Assembly: GCA_964016885.1 (NCBI GenBank)
Contig: CAXHJY010000232.1
Location: 1-54,155 of the forward strand
From: Eledone cirrhosa
Taxonomy: Eukaryota
DNA: 54,155 nt
Direction of reading: 5' to 3'
Shown: positions 1 through 13,274 of the stretch, piece by piece
Position numbering within the stretch: the stretch's first letter is position 1
Layout of the letters: each line of letters starts with the position of its first letter
The notes under the pieces: model-generated
Seen by the model: the letters and a program-made list of their open reading frames with translations, nothing else
The model's database searches: none
Told to the model about the DNA's origin: nothing
Made by a program: the position numbers and the translations under genes

Positions 1-1626
1 AGCAGGGAACCTATCGGGACCTACTGCTGAATTATGCTTGATTTCCTTTATTGCCGCCAAGACATCAGGGGCGCCAAACGTTATGTCCGATAAGGTGTAA
101 TGGGGAGTAACATCGCCGATACAGCCCAGATCGGCCATATCAGGATTGCTGAAAACAGAGCAGTATTGTTTCTGCAGTATCTCACCCATGGTTTTAGCAT
201 TGTCTTGAAGAGTGCCATTTTCATCAATTAGAGGGCCAACAGTAGAGCCAGTGATTTTGTGTTTTTTTGCAAATGAAAAGAACACTTTGGGATTGAGTTT
301 GATCTTCTCAATGGCCCAGGCCTCTTCAGCTCTTCTCTGATTGTTGATGAGGGACATTATGTTGTTTTGGAGGTTATGTTTTTTAATCTCTAGTGATGAA
401 ATGGCAGTCAAGTTGATATGTTGCTGCTGACAGTATTTCAGCTTGTTGATTTTTTTGTTCGTTCTCTTAATTTTTCTGATGAGCGTTTTTCTATTTCTAG
501 GGATTCTGCTCTTAGATTTGTTTATAGTTCTTAATGGGGTGTGTTTAGCACATATGTTTGTAACAGTGTCCACAAATGTCTGCCAGGACTTTTTGATGTT
601 AGTGGGTGTATGAGTGTGCGTGAAGGACCAGTCGACATGTGCAAGATCATGACTGATCGCTTCCCAGTTTGCATTGTGGAAATCCATAGCGTCAAACGGA
701 TGGACAGGAGAGATGACATTGGGTTTGTATATTGGACGGTGGAATCTCAGATCACAGAGAACCATGTCATGATCAGAGAGTAGAGTTTTCTCCACTGCAA
801 TATTGTGGATATTGTCAGTGTGATTGCTGAAAATTAAGTCTAGGACGTTTTTGTGGCACCTCGTTGGTTCGAGCACCAGTTGGGATAGGAAGAAATCATC
901 CATGAAGTCAAGAAGCGATTCCACAGCTTCCCTGTCAGAGGTTGAGGCAGAAGAACCTGGTGGCAGGCTGTTTGTGGACCAGTCAACTCCGGGGAGGTTG
1001 AAGTCCCCCATCATTAAGATGTTGTCAGGGTGACACTCTTGGATGAAACACTTTATGCTGTTGAGGCATTCCTTGAAGCATGGTACAGGCGTTTGGGGTG
1101 GCCTATAGAGCCCAACTACTAATAGGTTGTTGGTTTGACTGAATACAGTGACTGCTTCACAGTATCCATTAGTGAATATGTTCATAGCCTCTGTTGAGAA
1201 AGAATTATGGACATAAATGGCAGTTCCGCCCTTTCTTCTGCCAGCGCGATCAGCACGGATGGCTTTGAAATTTTTCACTTTCACCTCGGCTTCCAAGTGG
1301 AGGTTACTGAGATGGGTTTCAGTGAGGACGAAGAAAGGGATGTGGTTTGGATGGACATCAATCCAGTCCTCTAGGAATTTGATCTTCCATTTTTGAGTAT
1401 TGGTGGAAGGGCTGATGCCTTGGGCGTTAAGCAAAAATGTAGAGGCGAGAGTGGATGGTTTTAATTGTTTTGGTGTGTTGTTAATTTGTTTGTTTGTTAA
1501 TGGCAGCAATGGGAGTTTGTGCAGTGGGGTGATAGTGGAGGGTGGTGCTGGGTGATAGCTCGAATGTTTTTTTCCAGTTCTTTTGCCAGATTCATTATGG
1601 CTAAACAAGAGAAAGAAGTTTCCTGT
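1..1626 (-). CDS. LINE ORF2 (partial): AP endonuclease, linker and start of RT; no AUG before the endonuclease
   Basis: Hand translation shows no stop from 1626 to 1. Motifs: LLNAQGI, VLTETHL, IRADRAGRRKGGTAIYV, GLYRPP, MGDFNLPGVDW, VLDLIF, LSDHDMV, KLNPKCFFSFAK, QYCSVFS, SAVGPDRFPA. Missing from the ORF track because it runs off the edge. Confidence 0.92.
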
Positions 1627-2636
1627 TTAGAAGACTGTTGGTGACTGTGGTAGTGGTTATTTTTATGTAGGTTATGGTTTTTGTTTTTGATTTTATTTTT
1701 TATTTTATTTTCATTTGTCCGACGGGTCCCCGGGAGATGGGTAAAGGGACAATCCCGGTCTAAACACAATCTGTCTCGCAGGGAAAAGCGGCAGATTTGT
1801 GGATTCCTTGTTTGAGTTATTGGTGGTTGTGTTGGTGTTAAATTAGAGTATGTATTATGGTGGTGGCTGTTTGTGGGGATAGATCGTTTTGTCCTAGGAA
1901 AATGGGTGAATTTGCAGCCACTATCCGTACATATTCTATAGCGTAGAGAGTAGCGGCAAATGATGGGGTTTCGAGTGGGTGGGTATGTGGGTGTGTGTGT
2001 TGTGAGAGGTGTAGATGATGGTTTGGGTAGGATTTGACGACCTTTGTGGACTGTGGGAGGGAGAGTTCTTGTTCTGGTATTAGAAGGTAAATTCCTTGAC
2101 ATAGCAGTAGACAAAAATGTTGTAGTAGTAGTAGTAGTATTAGGCAGAGATGTTGGCAGTGGTGATGATTGGACTGCTGGGCCAGAGAAAGGATGTGGTG
2201 TTTCATGCTGTGAGACAGGGGCTACTGGGGGGTCAATAGTTTCATTTAGTAGATCGGCCATTGTTGATGAATCAAGGAGTGGTTCACACTGTTGTTGTCG
2301 TTGTTGTTGTTGTTGCTGTTGTTGTTGTTGTAGCTGTTGTTGTTGTTGCCGCTGTAGCTGCTGTTGTTGTTGTTGCTGGACAGCATTCGAAGAAAAAACA
2401 CACCGTAGTTTATCCAAATGTTTATTGATTAATTTAAAAGCAATTTCGATTTGCTTTAATTTATTTTGAATCTGTTGTTCAGATCGAGTTTTCAAAAGTT
2501 GAACTGTACGTTTAGCAATGTCGTTCAGAGATGAAGCATGTATGTCTTCTGTTTGGGTAAGGCAATGCCATGTGTTTATTAGAATGTCGATTTCATTATC
2601 AGACCAGTTCTGTTTGGATTTTTGCTGGTTAGCCAT
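1497..2636 (-). CDS. LINE ORF1, 379 aa: Myb/SANT-like N-terminus, polyQ, Pro/Thr-rich linker, two CCCH zinc fingers
   Basis: NWSDNEIDILINTW...RSEQQIQNKLKQI (trihelix/Myb-like); CRYSLRYRICTDSGCKFTH and CRFSLRDRLCLDRDCPFTH (C-x8-C-x4-C-x3-H). Lies directly upstream of the APE ORF. Confidence 0.8.
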   Translation of the reverse strand: MANQQKSKQNWSDNEIDILINTWHCLTQTEDIHASSLNDIAKRTVQLLKTRSEQQIQNKLKQIEIAFKLINKHLDKLRCVFSSNAVQQQQQQQLQRQQQQQLQQQQQQQQQQRQQQCEPLLDSSTMADLLNETIDPPVAPVSQHETPHPFSGPAVQSSPLPTSLPNTTTTTTTFLSTAMSRNLPSNTRTRTLPPTVHKGRQILPKPSSTPLTTHTPTYPPTRNPIICRYSLRYRICTDSGCKFTHFPRTKRSIPTNSHHHNTYSNLTPTQPPITQTRNPQICRFSLRDRLCLDRDCPFTHLPGTRRTNENKIKNKIKNKNHNLHKNNHYHSHQQSSKQETSFSCLAIMNLAKELEKNIRAITQHHPPLSPHCTNSHCCH

Positions 2637-3016
2637 TCTAGTTTTGAGTGTGTGTGTGTTTTAGTTAAGTATTTCAATATATATATATATTTTTTTTTAA
2701 ATTTATTTTTGATTTATTTTTGTTTTTTGTTTTTCTTGTGTGTGAGTGAGAAGAGTATATATATAAATATGAGTATATATATATATATATGTATATTCTG
2801 GTTATTTGAAATTAATTAAGTTAATGAAAAGACGAAAGTATATAATAATAATTTGTAGTTAAAGGAAAATGTACTCACAAGTTCGAAAACACGTGGTTTC
2901 AAATATATAATCATATAGATGTATGTAAATGTATTAACCGGTCAATTTTTGTTTGTTTGGTTTTGTTTTGTGGCTGTGTGACTTGCTGCTTACTCGGGGA
3001 GAGAAGTAAAAACACG

Positions 3017-3070
3017 TCCTTATACTTCAACTGCTCAACTGCTATATCCTTATACTTCAACTGCTCAACT

Positions 3071-3076
<6 letters not shown>
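3017..3076. repeat. 30-bp tandem duplication at the LINE 5' junction
   Basis: tccttatacttcaactgctcaactgctata x2, exact. Confidence 0.9.
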
Positions 3077-4205
<1,129 letters not shown>

Positions 4206-5163
4206 ACTAGACATGAAAAATGCGCAAGCTCAAAAGTGCCACAGAATGTTATAATAAACCTTCAAAAGTGTGGGAACTAGAGTTGTTGCTAAAAAATATT
4301 GTAATCATTATATATCGTACATTCTGTGGCATCCTTTATAAAAATAGCTTAAACCAACGAAGCCTTTATTTTTACGCTATTTCACTTAGTTAATTCTTAG
4401 AGTGTAACATATAAAAATATCATTTACAACTATAAAATAAATTAATTAATATAATAACAGAGCTGCGGAGCTGAAATTTAGGAAATAATGGAGTATCGGA
4501 TCCTGAGTTGGAGCCAGTCAATTTTTGGCCGACTCCGCAGCCCTGTATAATACATTTCATATTAAAGTTATTAATAAACCTATTTTACACTTCATGCAAA
4601 TTACCACGAGATATTGATATTAGATATAAGATACAGCGCAATATCTACAGCTGTAAAAGTACGAAAGCGAAGTAATAATAAGTGGCTTAAGGTAATTCCA
4701 ATATGAAAGTTTGTAGTGATAAAAATTTGATAATGCAATACGATTGTTAATATTATAGTTCTATGAAAATGTAACAATAGATAACTAAATTATTTTACTA
4801 TTAGTATATTTAAGAAATTATCATTATAGATTTGATCGTTCATATAAGCATCATATTAAGTTTCAACACAATTATTTTGTTACTATGAGTATATGATAAT
4901 AATATTACGTAATTATTTATAGCTGTTATTACATTAAACATAGATGTATTTATTTTTATATGTTACACTCTAAGAATTAACTAAGTGAAATAGCGTAAAA
5001 ATAAAGGCTTCGTTGGTTTAAGCTATTTTTATAAAGGATGCCACAGAATGTACGATATATAATGATTACAATATTTTTTAGCAACAACTCTAGTCCCACA
5101 CTTTTGAAGGTTTATTATAACATTCTGTGGCACTTTTGAGCTTGCGCATTTTTCATGTCTAGT
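4206..5163. mobile_element. Non-autonomous foldback/MITE-like element with about 213-bp terminal inverted repeats
   Basis: 4206-4418 (actagacatgaaaaatgcgcaag...) is the near-perfect reverse complement of about 4952-5163, with one 1-nt indel. No ORF inside. Confidence 0.85.
4458..4545. mobile_element. Tiny hAT-type MITE nested in the foldback element
   Basis: TIRs cagagctgcggag...ctccgcagccctg; flanks tataataa/tataatac match 7/8, consistent with an 8-bp TSD. Confidence 0.6.
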
Positions 5164-5756
5164 TTAATATTTTTTTAAGGCAACGCTTGTAATAACTCTA
5201 GTTAAACAGGATATATATTAATAATAAATTATCGTTGTAATGTAATTAGATTATGTAATTGTTATTATAAATTATCTTATAAATATTAGTGTAAGATGTA
5301 TAAAAATATTTTCAGACTTTTAATATAAACAACTACAAAAAACAATCAATATTAAATCAATATATTATACATAATAGAAACATAAAATATACAATACAAA
5401 AACAAAATATTTACATACAATTGCAATTATCAGTGTATATACATTTTCTTTATATTCCTGAGCAAATTAATAAGATTTGTTTTTATTGTACATAATTTGA
5501 TGACTTGTTGGAGTGTATTAAAAGATAGCAACAATTTGTGATTAAATTGTTATCTTAAGCAACTCACTTTTTAATAGTTGTTGGCTGAGCGAAATTGTAA
5601 AAGCCTATGAGCAAATATAAAAAAAAATAACACAAACAACATTTCCTTGTGTTATTACAACATTAGATAAAATAATTGAGCAATGTCGTTATATTTTGCT
5701 CTTATTGCACATTAATAGTGTTTCTATTTTTCGGCACAAATCCATTACGGCAGTCC

Positions 5757-5886
5757 ATTACTGGTACTTTATTTTATCGAATTAGTAAGTATGAAAGTCG
5801 AAGTTAACCTCGGCAGGATTTGAACTTAGAATGCAAAGGACCATAACAATACTGCAAAGCATGGTGTCTGACGCTCTACCAATACT
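5757..5886 (-). mobile_element. tRNA-derived SINE (octopod-type), degenerate
   Basis: ctggtactttattttatcga...gttaacctcggcaggatttgaact (reverse B-box); same family as the copies at 6690, 52521 and 52906. Confidence 0.75.
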
Positions 5887-6276
5887 TGTGTTGAGCTGGT
5901 CATTAATTTATGGTGGTCGTGCGTGGAGTAGAGCAATCGCTAGTTGAAATATTATGAACAAAACATTTTTATTTGCCGAAGAACATATTTTCAATACTGT
6001 TTGTGAATGTGACGAAGGAAATACATTCTGATATGGAACAGTGTACAAAGTGTGTCTGTGAATAACATAATGTTACCTCATGTTGTTGTCAAGACATAAT
6101 GGATTTCGTATATCCAGTTAGAAGATGAAACCTAGCCATCTCGGATTAGTTATATTTCATGCCATGTGTAAACGTGTTTGAGGATAGCAAAATATGCGCG
6201 TTAATTATAATAATTAGTTAATAATATTACAAAATATACCTAATTAAACTCTTTGCTTAAAATTTTATCATTCTTC

Positions 6277-6318
<42 letters not shown>

Positions 6319-6687
6319 GGAGAGAGATTTATCTAGTCCTTCGCTCAAGATTAATCTATAAGTTTAGATGTTTGCCTTCGTTTAAGTAAATATTACAGTA
6401 AGATTTTTAATATAAACAACTACAAAAAACAATTAATATTAAACGAAAAAATTATCAATGATAAAAGAAGCGGATGCAACTTTTTTTTTATAAAGTTATA
6501 TTCCTGTTTCTTTAAAGAACATTTCATTTTTGTTCTATTGTAGGCGAAATAATGCAATGGTTTAATAGGGAAGATATAACTTACGAATTATGTCTCTAAC
6601 CGTGTAACGCTTTTAAGTAGATAACTTACAATTGAAAATACTAAAGAAATGGAACCAACAATTCAATTTGAAAGTCGTCTTGTGACA

Positions 6688-6738
6688 GTGTATTACTGGT
6701 ACTTTATTTTATCGACCCCGTAACGATGAAAGGCAAAA
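6688..6738 (-). mobile_element. SINE fragment, same family
   Basis: tattactggtactttattttatcgaccccgtaacgatgaaaggcaaa. Confidence 0.7.
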
Positions 6739-7099
6739 ATGCAAATGCTTAAAATTTAAATTGCCTTAATTCTATCGTCTGCTGTTTCATTAAAGGGAGA
6801 TTATCGTCTGTATTTAATTCTATCGTCTACTGTTCCACTAAACAGATATACCTCCACTATCGTCTCTATTTATACATTTTAACTTATAACTTATACACAT
6901 TTGATTTGAAATATTTTATCTAGTCACCCCTCTCAATATTATGATGATTTCTTTCGAATGAAACAGTTCTAGTCCTGTAGAAACCATTTATATAAATAAT
7001 TGAACTGAGTTAAAAATTCACAATATTTATAATTAAATAAGCTCATATATATATGTGTGTATTTATCTGTTTATTGTATTATATATAATGTGTGTATAT

Positions 7100-7145
7100 A
7101 CAGGATGTCCCCCAAAAATATATACACACTTCAACAGCATTCTAA
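7100..7145 (+). mobile_element. Solo Tc1/mariner-like TIR end
   Basis: TA|caggatgtcccccaaaaatatatacacactt resembles CAGGGTGTCC-type TIRs; no partner TIR seen. Confidence 0.3.
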
Positions 7146-7675
7146 TAACTATTGCCTGTACAGGTAATCAAAGTGTCAATCGAATGTTAGTTTCGTGTTT
7201 TAACAGTACAAATTTACAATACACACATAAAACCAGTGTATATACATACATGAGTGTGTATACACATACATGAATGTGTATATACAATATATATGTATAT
7301 ATATATAGACACATATATTCACGGTGCAACGGTACATTAAAATATAGATGCGGGAGAGGGGGGGGGTGTATATATAGGGGCGCTGGGGATAAAGGAGTGT
7401 AAAGCGTGTGTAATTGATATATTGAAGGAGAGGAGCGTGCAGCGATAGAGTAACAAATATATAGAGAGGGGGAGAGATGGTATTGAAGGGGAGGAGTGCA
7501 AAGCGAAAGAGTAAGAGATATATATAGAGACGGAACAGATAGAGAGAAACAGGCGTAAGTAACAGTGGAAGAGATATAGAGAGAGGTACTCTGATTGGTT
7601 GAAAATTAGCCAATGACATACGATCACCACCACCACGGCTATCCCCGAAAAATTTTTTAAGAAGCTACGCATATA

Positions 7676-7730
7676 TGTTAGAACACGAAAAGTGAACATT
7701 CTGTTGTTTCACACTTTTCGTGTTCTAACA
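7676..7730. repeat. Perfect 19-bp inverted repeat with 17-nt spacer
   Basis: tgttagaacacgaaaagtg / cacttttcgtgttctaaca. Confidence 0.9.
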
Positions 7731-9080
<1,350 letters not shown>

Positions 9081-9180
9081 AAATTGAGGTTGGTAATGGC
9101 ACATGGAATATATAAGAGACAGAATACTTTTTTGTGAAAAAAACATAATTTTATAAGGTAAGGAAATAATAAAGGGTATA

Positions 9181-9230
9181 AAAAATGACCGGTTTCGATG
9201 GGTCTGCAAAAGCCATCTTTTCAAATGTTG
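9181..9230 (-). ncRNA. Degenerate minimal hammerhead ribozyme (Penelope pLTR remnant)
   Basis: Minus strand: caacat-ttgaaaa-gatgg...ccatc-GAAACCGGTC-attttt. Helix II and the GAAACCGGUC motif are intact; the CUGANGA core has 2 substitutions. Confidence 0.55.
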
Positions 9231-9539
9231 ATTAATATTAAGAAAAATTAATAATACGAAGAGTTAAAATTTGAGACTTGAAAATTCAAGTATAAAATTC
9301 ATTGTGGGATTTCATAGCAGTTTTCATCTAGGTAGCAACAACAGGTTGACTGCTGTGTCCCTTTCTGGTAGTGAAAGAGAAGTTATTTGGGGTGTGGGTT
9401 ATTTTATAAAGGTCAGATTTAGCAATCACCAACTGGCCAGCTGCTGGTCAGTGAGGGGGTGGAAGCAATATACATACACATATCTTCCTGTGATGGGTAG
9501 GAGAGTGGAGCGTGATAGAAAGGGATTTAGTGCACTTAC

Positions 9540-9585
9540 ACCTATATATACACACATAACTTCATCCACACATACATACATATAC

Positions 9586-9622
<37 letters not shown>

Positions 9623-9667
9623 CACACATACATACACACACACATACATATACATATATATATATAC

Positions 9668-9700
<33 letters not shown>

Positions 9701-9701
9701 C

Positions 9702-9754
<53 letters not shown>

Positions 9755-9950
9755 CATATATATATTCATACATATATATATACACACATACATATATACA
9801 TATACACACATGCATATATACATATACACACATACATATATACATACACACACATACACATTTACAAGCAGACACGCATACATACACATACATACATACA
9901 AATAAGTACACATAAACGCATATGCACAAACACGCACTCGTTCGCACTGA
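9540..9950. repeat. (TA)n/(CA)n compound microsatellite
   Basis: Direct reading. Confidence 0.95.
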
Positions 9951-10159
9951 TACATGTGTCTATAGTATAAAGGTAGTGGGACAAATTTTAAATTTTAAAT
10001 TTTAAATTTTAAACTGGGCCTGATAGAGGATAAAATAATTAATGTCACTATTAAGTTATTAATATTATCATCAAGTAATTAATTACTATTTATTATTTAT
10101 TACTTACTATTTATCAATCACTATTCGTTATCTATCTTTTATCCCTTATCTATTCATTA

Positions 10160-10365
10160 CCTAATCATTCACTCATAAATTAATAAATAAATGAATGAGT
10201 TAACTAACAAACAAACAAACAGATAAACAAATAAACCAGCAAATAAGTAAATAAATAAACAAATAAATAAATAAATGGATAAATAAATAAATAAGTAAAT
10301 AAAGTAACTAAATAAATAAATAAATAAATAAATAAATATACAGTTAAATAGATAAATAAATCATG
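10160..10365. repeat. (AAAT)n-like tetranucleotide repeat
   Basis: Direct reading. Confidence 0.85.
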
Positions 10366-10566
10366 AACGTGTGCGTGCAGCAGTTCATAACTGCACGTAT
10401 GCAAAAATGAGCAGGTGTATACGTGAATTTGTGTGTGCGGCCACGGAACTTTACACAGAGACATACAACACAATATATAAGACCTGGAGGGGAGGAAAGA
10501 GGGTAATAATGAGAGATAGAGGGGAGGAAAGAGGGTAATAATGAGAGATGGAGGGACGGAAATGGG

Positions 10567-12411
10567 ATGGGGGGGGACTTAAAGGAGAAACTTCTGAAAA
10601 TGAAAAGTTCCCCGTACCTCCACGTCCCTTCAGACAAAACTAAAAACACTTATGCGGTTATTCCCGACACCTACAACAAGCTTGCGGATAATGCCATCAC
10701 AGCAAAGTACAAAAAAGTTGATGACACTACTTTGACCGATACAAACATAGCCGGAAAGAAGATCGCCACTTCCCTTAAACTGGAAGTCCGGACAGAACCT
10801 CTGAGGGTAAAGTCCCCACACTTCACCCTGAAAGACCACAAGAACAACTTCGACAATAAACCATCGGTCCGGCTGATTAACCCGACCAAGTCTGATATAG
10901 GATCCGTCAGTAAGAAGATCTTGGACAGGATTCTACCTAGACTACGTGCTGCCTCACCCCTCCCACTCTGGAATAGGACATCAGAGCCAATCACATGGTT
11001 CCGGGACTTGCCCGACAAAAGCAACACCCGCTTCCTGCAGCTAGACATCGAGGATTACTACGCCTCCATATCAGAGAGCCTGCTGATTGACGCGATTAAC
11101 TTCGCCAGGAACTTAACCACTATTACCGAAGCCGAGCAGGAAGTGATCCTCCATGCACGTAAGACTTTCCTTTACCATGACAGATCCCACTGGATCAACA
11201 AAAAATCTGAGTCCCCCTTCGACGTTAGCATGGGTGCTAGCGACTCAGCTGAAATTAGCGACCTTGTGGGTCTGTTCATCCTCCACAAGTTGAAGACCCT
11301 CTTCACAGGCCTCTCCGGCGGTCTCTACCGAGATGACGGCCTCTTTGCCCTCCACAAAATCAACCCCAGGACCACGGATGGGTTCAGGAAAAACCTTTAC
11401 ACCTTCTTTAAAAACTTAGGCCTTAGGATTACCTTAGATTCAAACTTAACTAAAGCTAACTTCCTAGACGTTACCCTCGACTTAGAAACTTCCCTTTACT
11501 ACCCGTACCACAAACCTAATGAATCCCTTAGATATATAGACGTTAATTCTAACCACCCCAAAAATATATTAGACAACCTAGTAAAAAGTGTCTCCATTAG
11601 GATATCTAGCCTCGCCGCCAATGAAGATATCTTTAGAGCAGCAGCCCCCTATTACAACGAGGCCCTGGCCCGCAGCGGCTTTAGAGATAAGATCACCTAC
11701 CTTACTATAGCCCCACGCCCACCCAGGAAGAATAGGCGAAGGCACATTAGCTGGTACAACCCCCCCTTCAACCGAGAAGTTTCAACACCTGTAGCTAAAA
11801 TTTTCTTCACTCTTTTACAAAAACACTTCCCCACCCAACATAGGTACTATACTATCCTTAATAAGAATACCATTAGACTCTCTTACTCTACCACACCTAA
11901 TCTAGCTAGAAACTTAGCCAACAACAACATCAAGAAGCTAAATAAGTCTACTTTTTCCGAAGCCCATCCAGCAACCGATAGCAACTGCAATTGCCCTGAT
12001 AAGACGACCTGCCCTCTCAACAACAACTGTCTAAAAAAAGATCTTGTGTATATATGCGATGTACTCTCAGGCCCCGATGAAAAAAGAAACTCGTACATCG
12101 GGATGACTTCTAATAGTTTTAAGACTCGCTGGTACGCCCACACACATTCGTTCCGGCGCCCAGACAAATCTAACCAAACTACACTCGCCGCCCACATCTG
12201 GCACCTAAAAAGGAACTCCATCCCCTTCAAGACCCAATGGAGACTACTCCAGAGGGCGTGATCATATACGGGAGGCCATAATTGCTGTGACCTCTGTATC
12301 TCCGAGAGCTATGAGATTCTATTCGCCAAAGGCTCTCTCCTCAACAAGATCTCGGAACACTCCCCTAATTGCATGCACAAGAACTATGCAAATTACAAAA
12401 GCTACATATAA
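10567..12411 (+). pseudogene. PLE RT/GIY-YIG ORF with a single in-frame TGA (12259-12261); reading frame continues to TAA at 12409-12411
   Basis: After QRA* the frame reads SYTGGHNCCDLCISESYEILFAKGSLLNKISEHSPNCMHKNYANYKSYI*, completing the conserved CxLC...E...LN...CxH tail. The ATG at 10567 probably comes from flanking DNA. Confidence 0.85.
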
Positions 12412-13140
12412 ATAATTTTGGTATAGATTACCTTCGTGAAGATAGAAAAACATTATATGTATTTTCTTTCTCGTGTTTCGTAAATCCTTAAATTTGTTTT
12501 CATAAAATTTGAATTTTAAAAATTAAACATAATTATATTATAATATTAATACAAATATCTATTAACTTTTAAAACCTAGAATATTACTCATTACCCTGAA
12601 ATAACTTAAATTAAATATTTTTAAAATTAACCGCCAACTATATTATTTTGGACATGTGTTACAAATATGGATATCTGTATATATAAACTTGAACATAAAT
12701 TACTCCCCTTTGTCTCTCTCTCTCTCTCTCTCTCTCTTTAATCATCTTTCATCCGTTTTTTCAAGCCACCTACTAAATATATTATCACATCAGCTGTTTC
12801 TTCCTCTATGCTTTCCTTTCCTTCCCCTTTCTCCAGTAGTTTTTAAAATTAAAAATTTTATAACTGTTATATTGATGCCATGCATCTCTTAAACTCTATT
12901 ACACGCACCCTCTCTATTGTTTGTATTATGTTATCTCATCTTCTCAATATTAGGGTATAAATATTGAGTTTTGTCATAAGTTAATCACTACCATGACTAA
13001 ATCTTAACCATCTAATATGTCAGGGTATGTCATATATCATTTTATCTGATGAGGACGTACTGTTGAACTTAACTCAGTACCTCTGAAATATGTATAATAA
13101 AATATAATTCATCATCACAAGAATATCTATTTTGTTAATA
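10578..13140 (+). mobile_element. 5'-truncated Penelope-like retroelement (Naiad-type): RT + GIY-YIG, 3' pLTR with hammerhead
   Basis: SDKT, PSVRLINPTKSDIG, FDVSMGASDSAE, GLYRDDGL, NFLDVTLDL, YIDVNSNHP, WYNPPF, CNCx5Cx5C, VYxC...YIGMT...FKTRW..H; hammerhead at 13039-13103. Confidence 0.92.
13039..13103 (+). ncRNA. Type I minimal hammerhead ribozyme in the PLE 3' pLTR
   Basis: Helix I attttat/ataaaat; core CUGAUGA (13046-13052); helix II around gtactg...cagtac; GAAA (13085-13088); very short helix III with AUA cleavage triplet. Confidence 0.8.
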
Positions 13141-13149
13141 TTTTGAATT

Positions 13150-13209
13150 AATATATATATATATATATGTATATATATTTATATCATCATCATTTTCAAA
13201 TGATGATGA

Positions 13210-13274
<65 letters not shown>

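Noticed and set aside
2044-2469. Poly-Cys ORF on the plus strand
   Set aside because: Antisense shadow of the ORF1 polyQ (CAA/CAG) tract.
2637-2880. Intron in the LINE 5' UTR (GTGAGT at about 2878, AG at about 2638)
   Set aside because: No polypyrimidine tract at the putative acceptor; unsupported without transcripts.
10567-10580. ATG start implying a complete PLE protein
   Set aside because: The ATG lies in G-rich flanking DNA, and homology starts just before the DKT motif, so the element is 5'-truncated.
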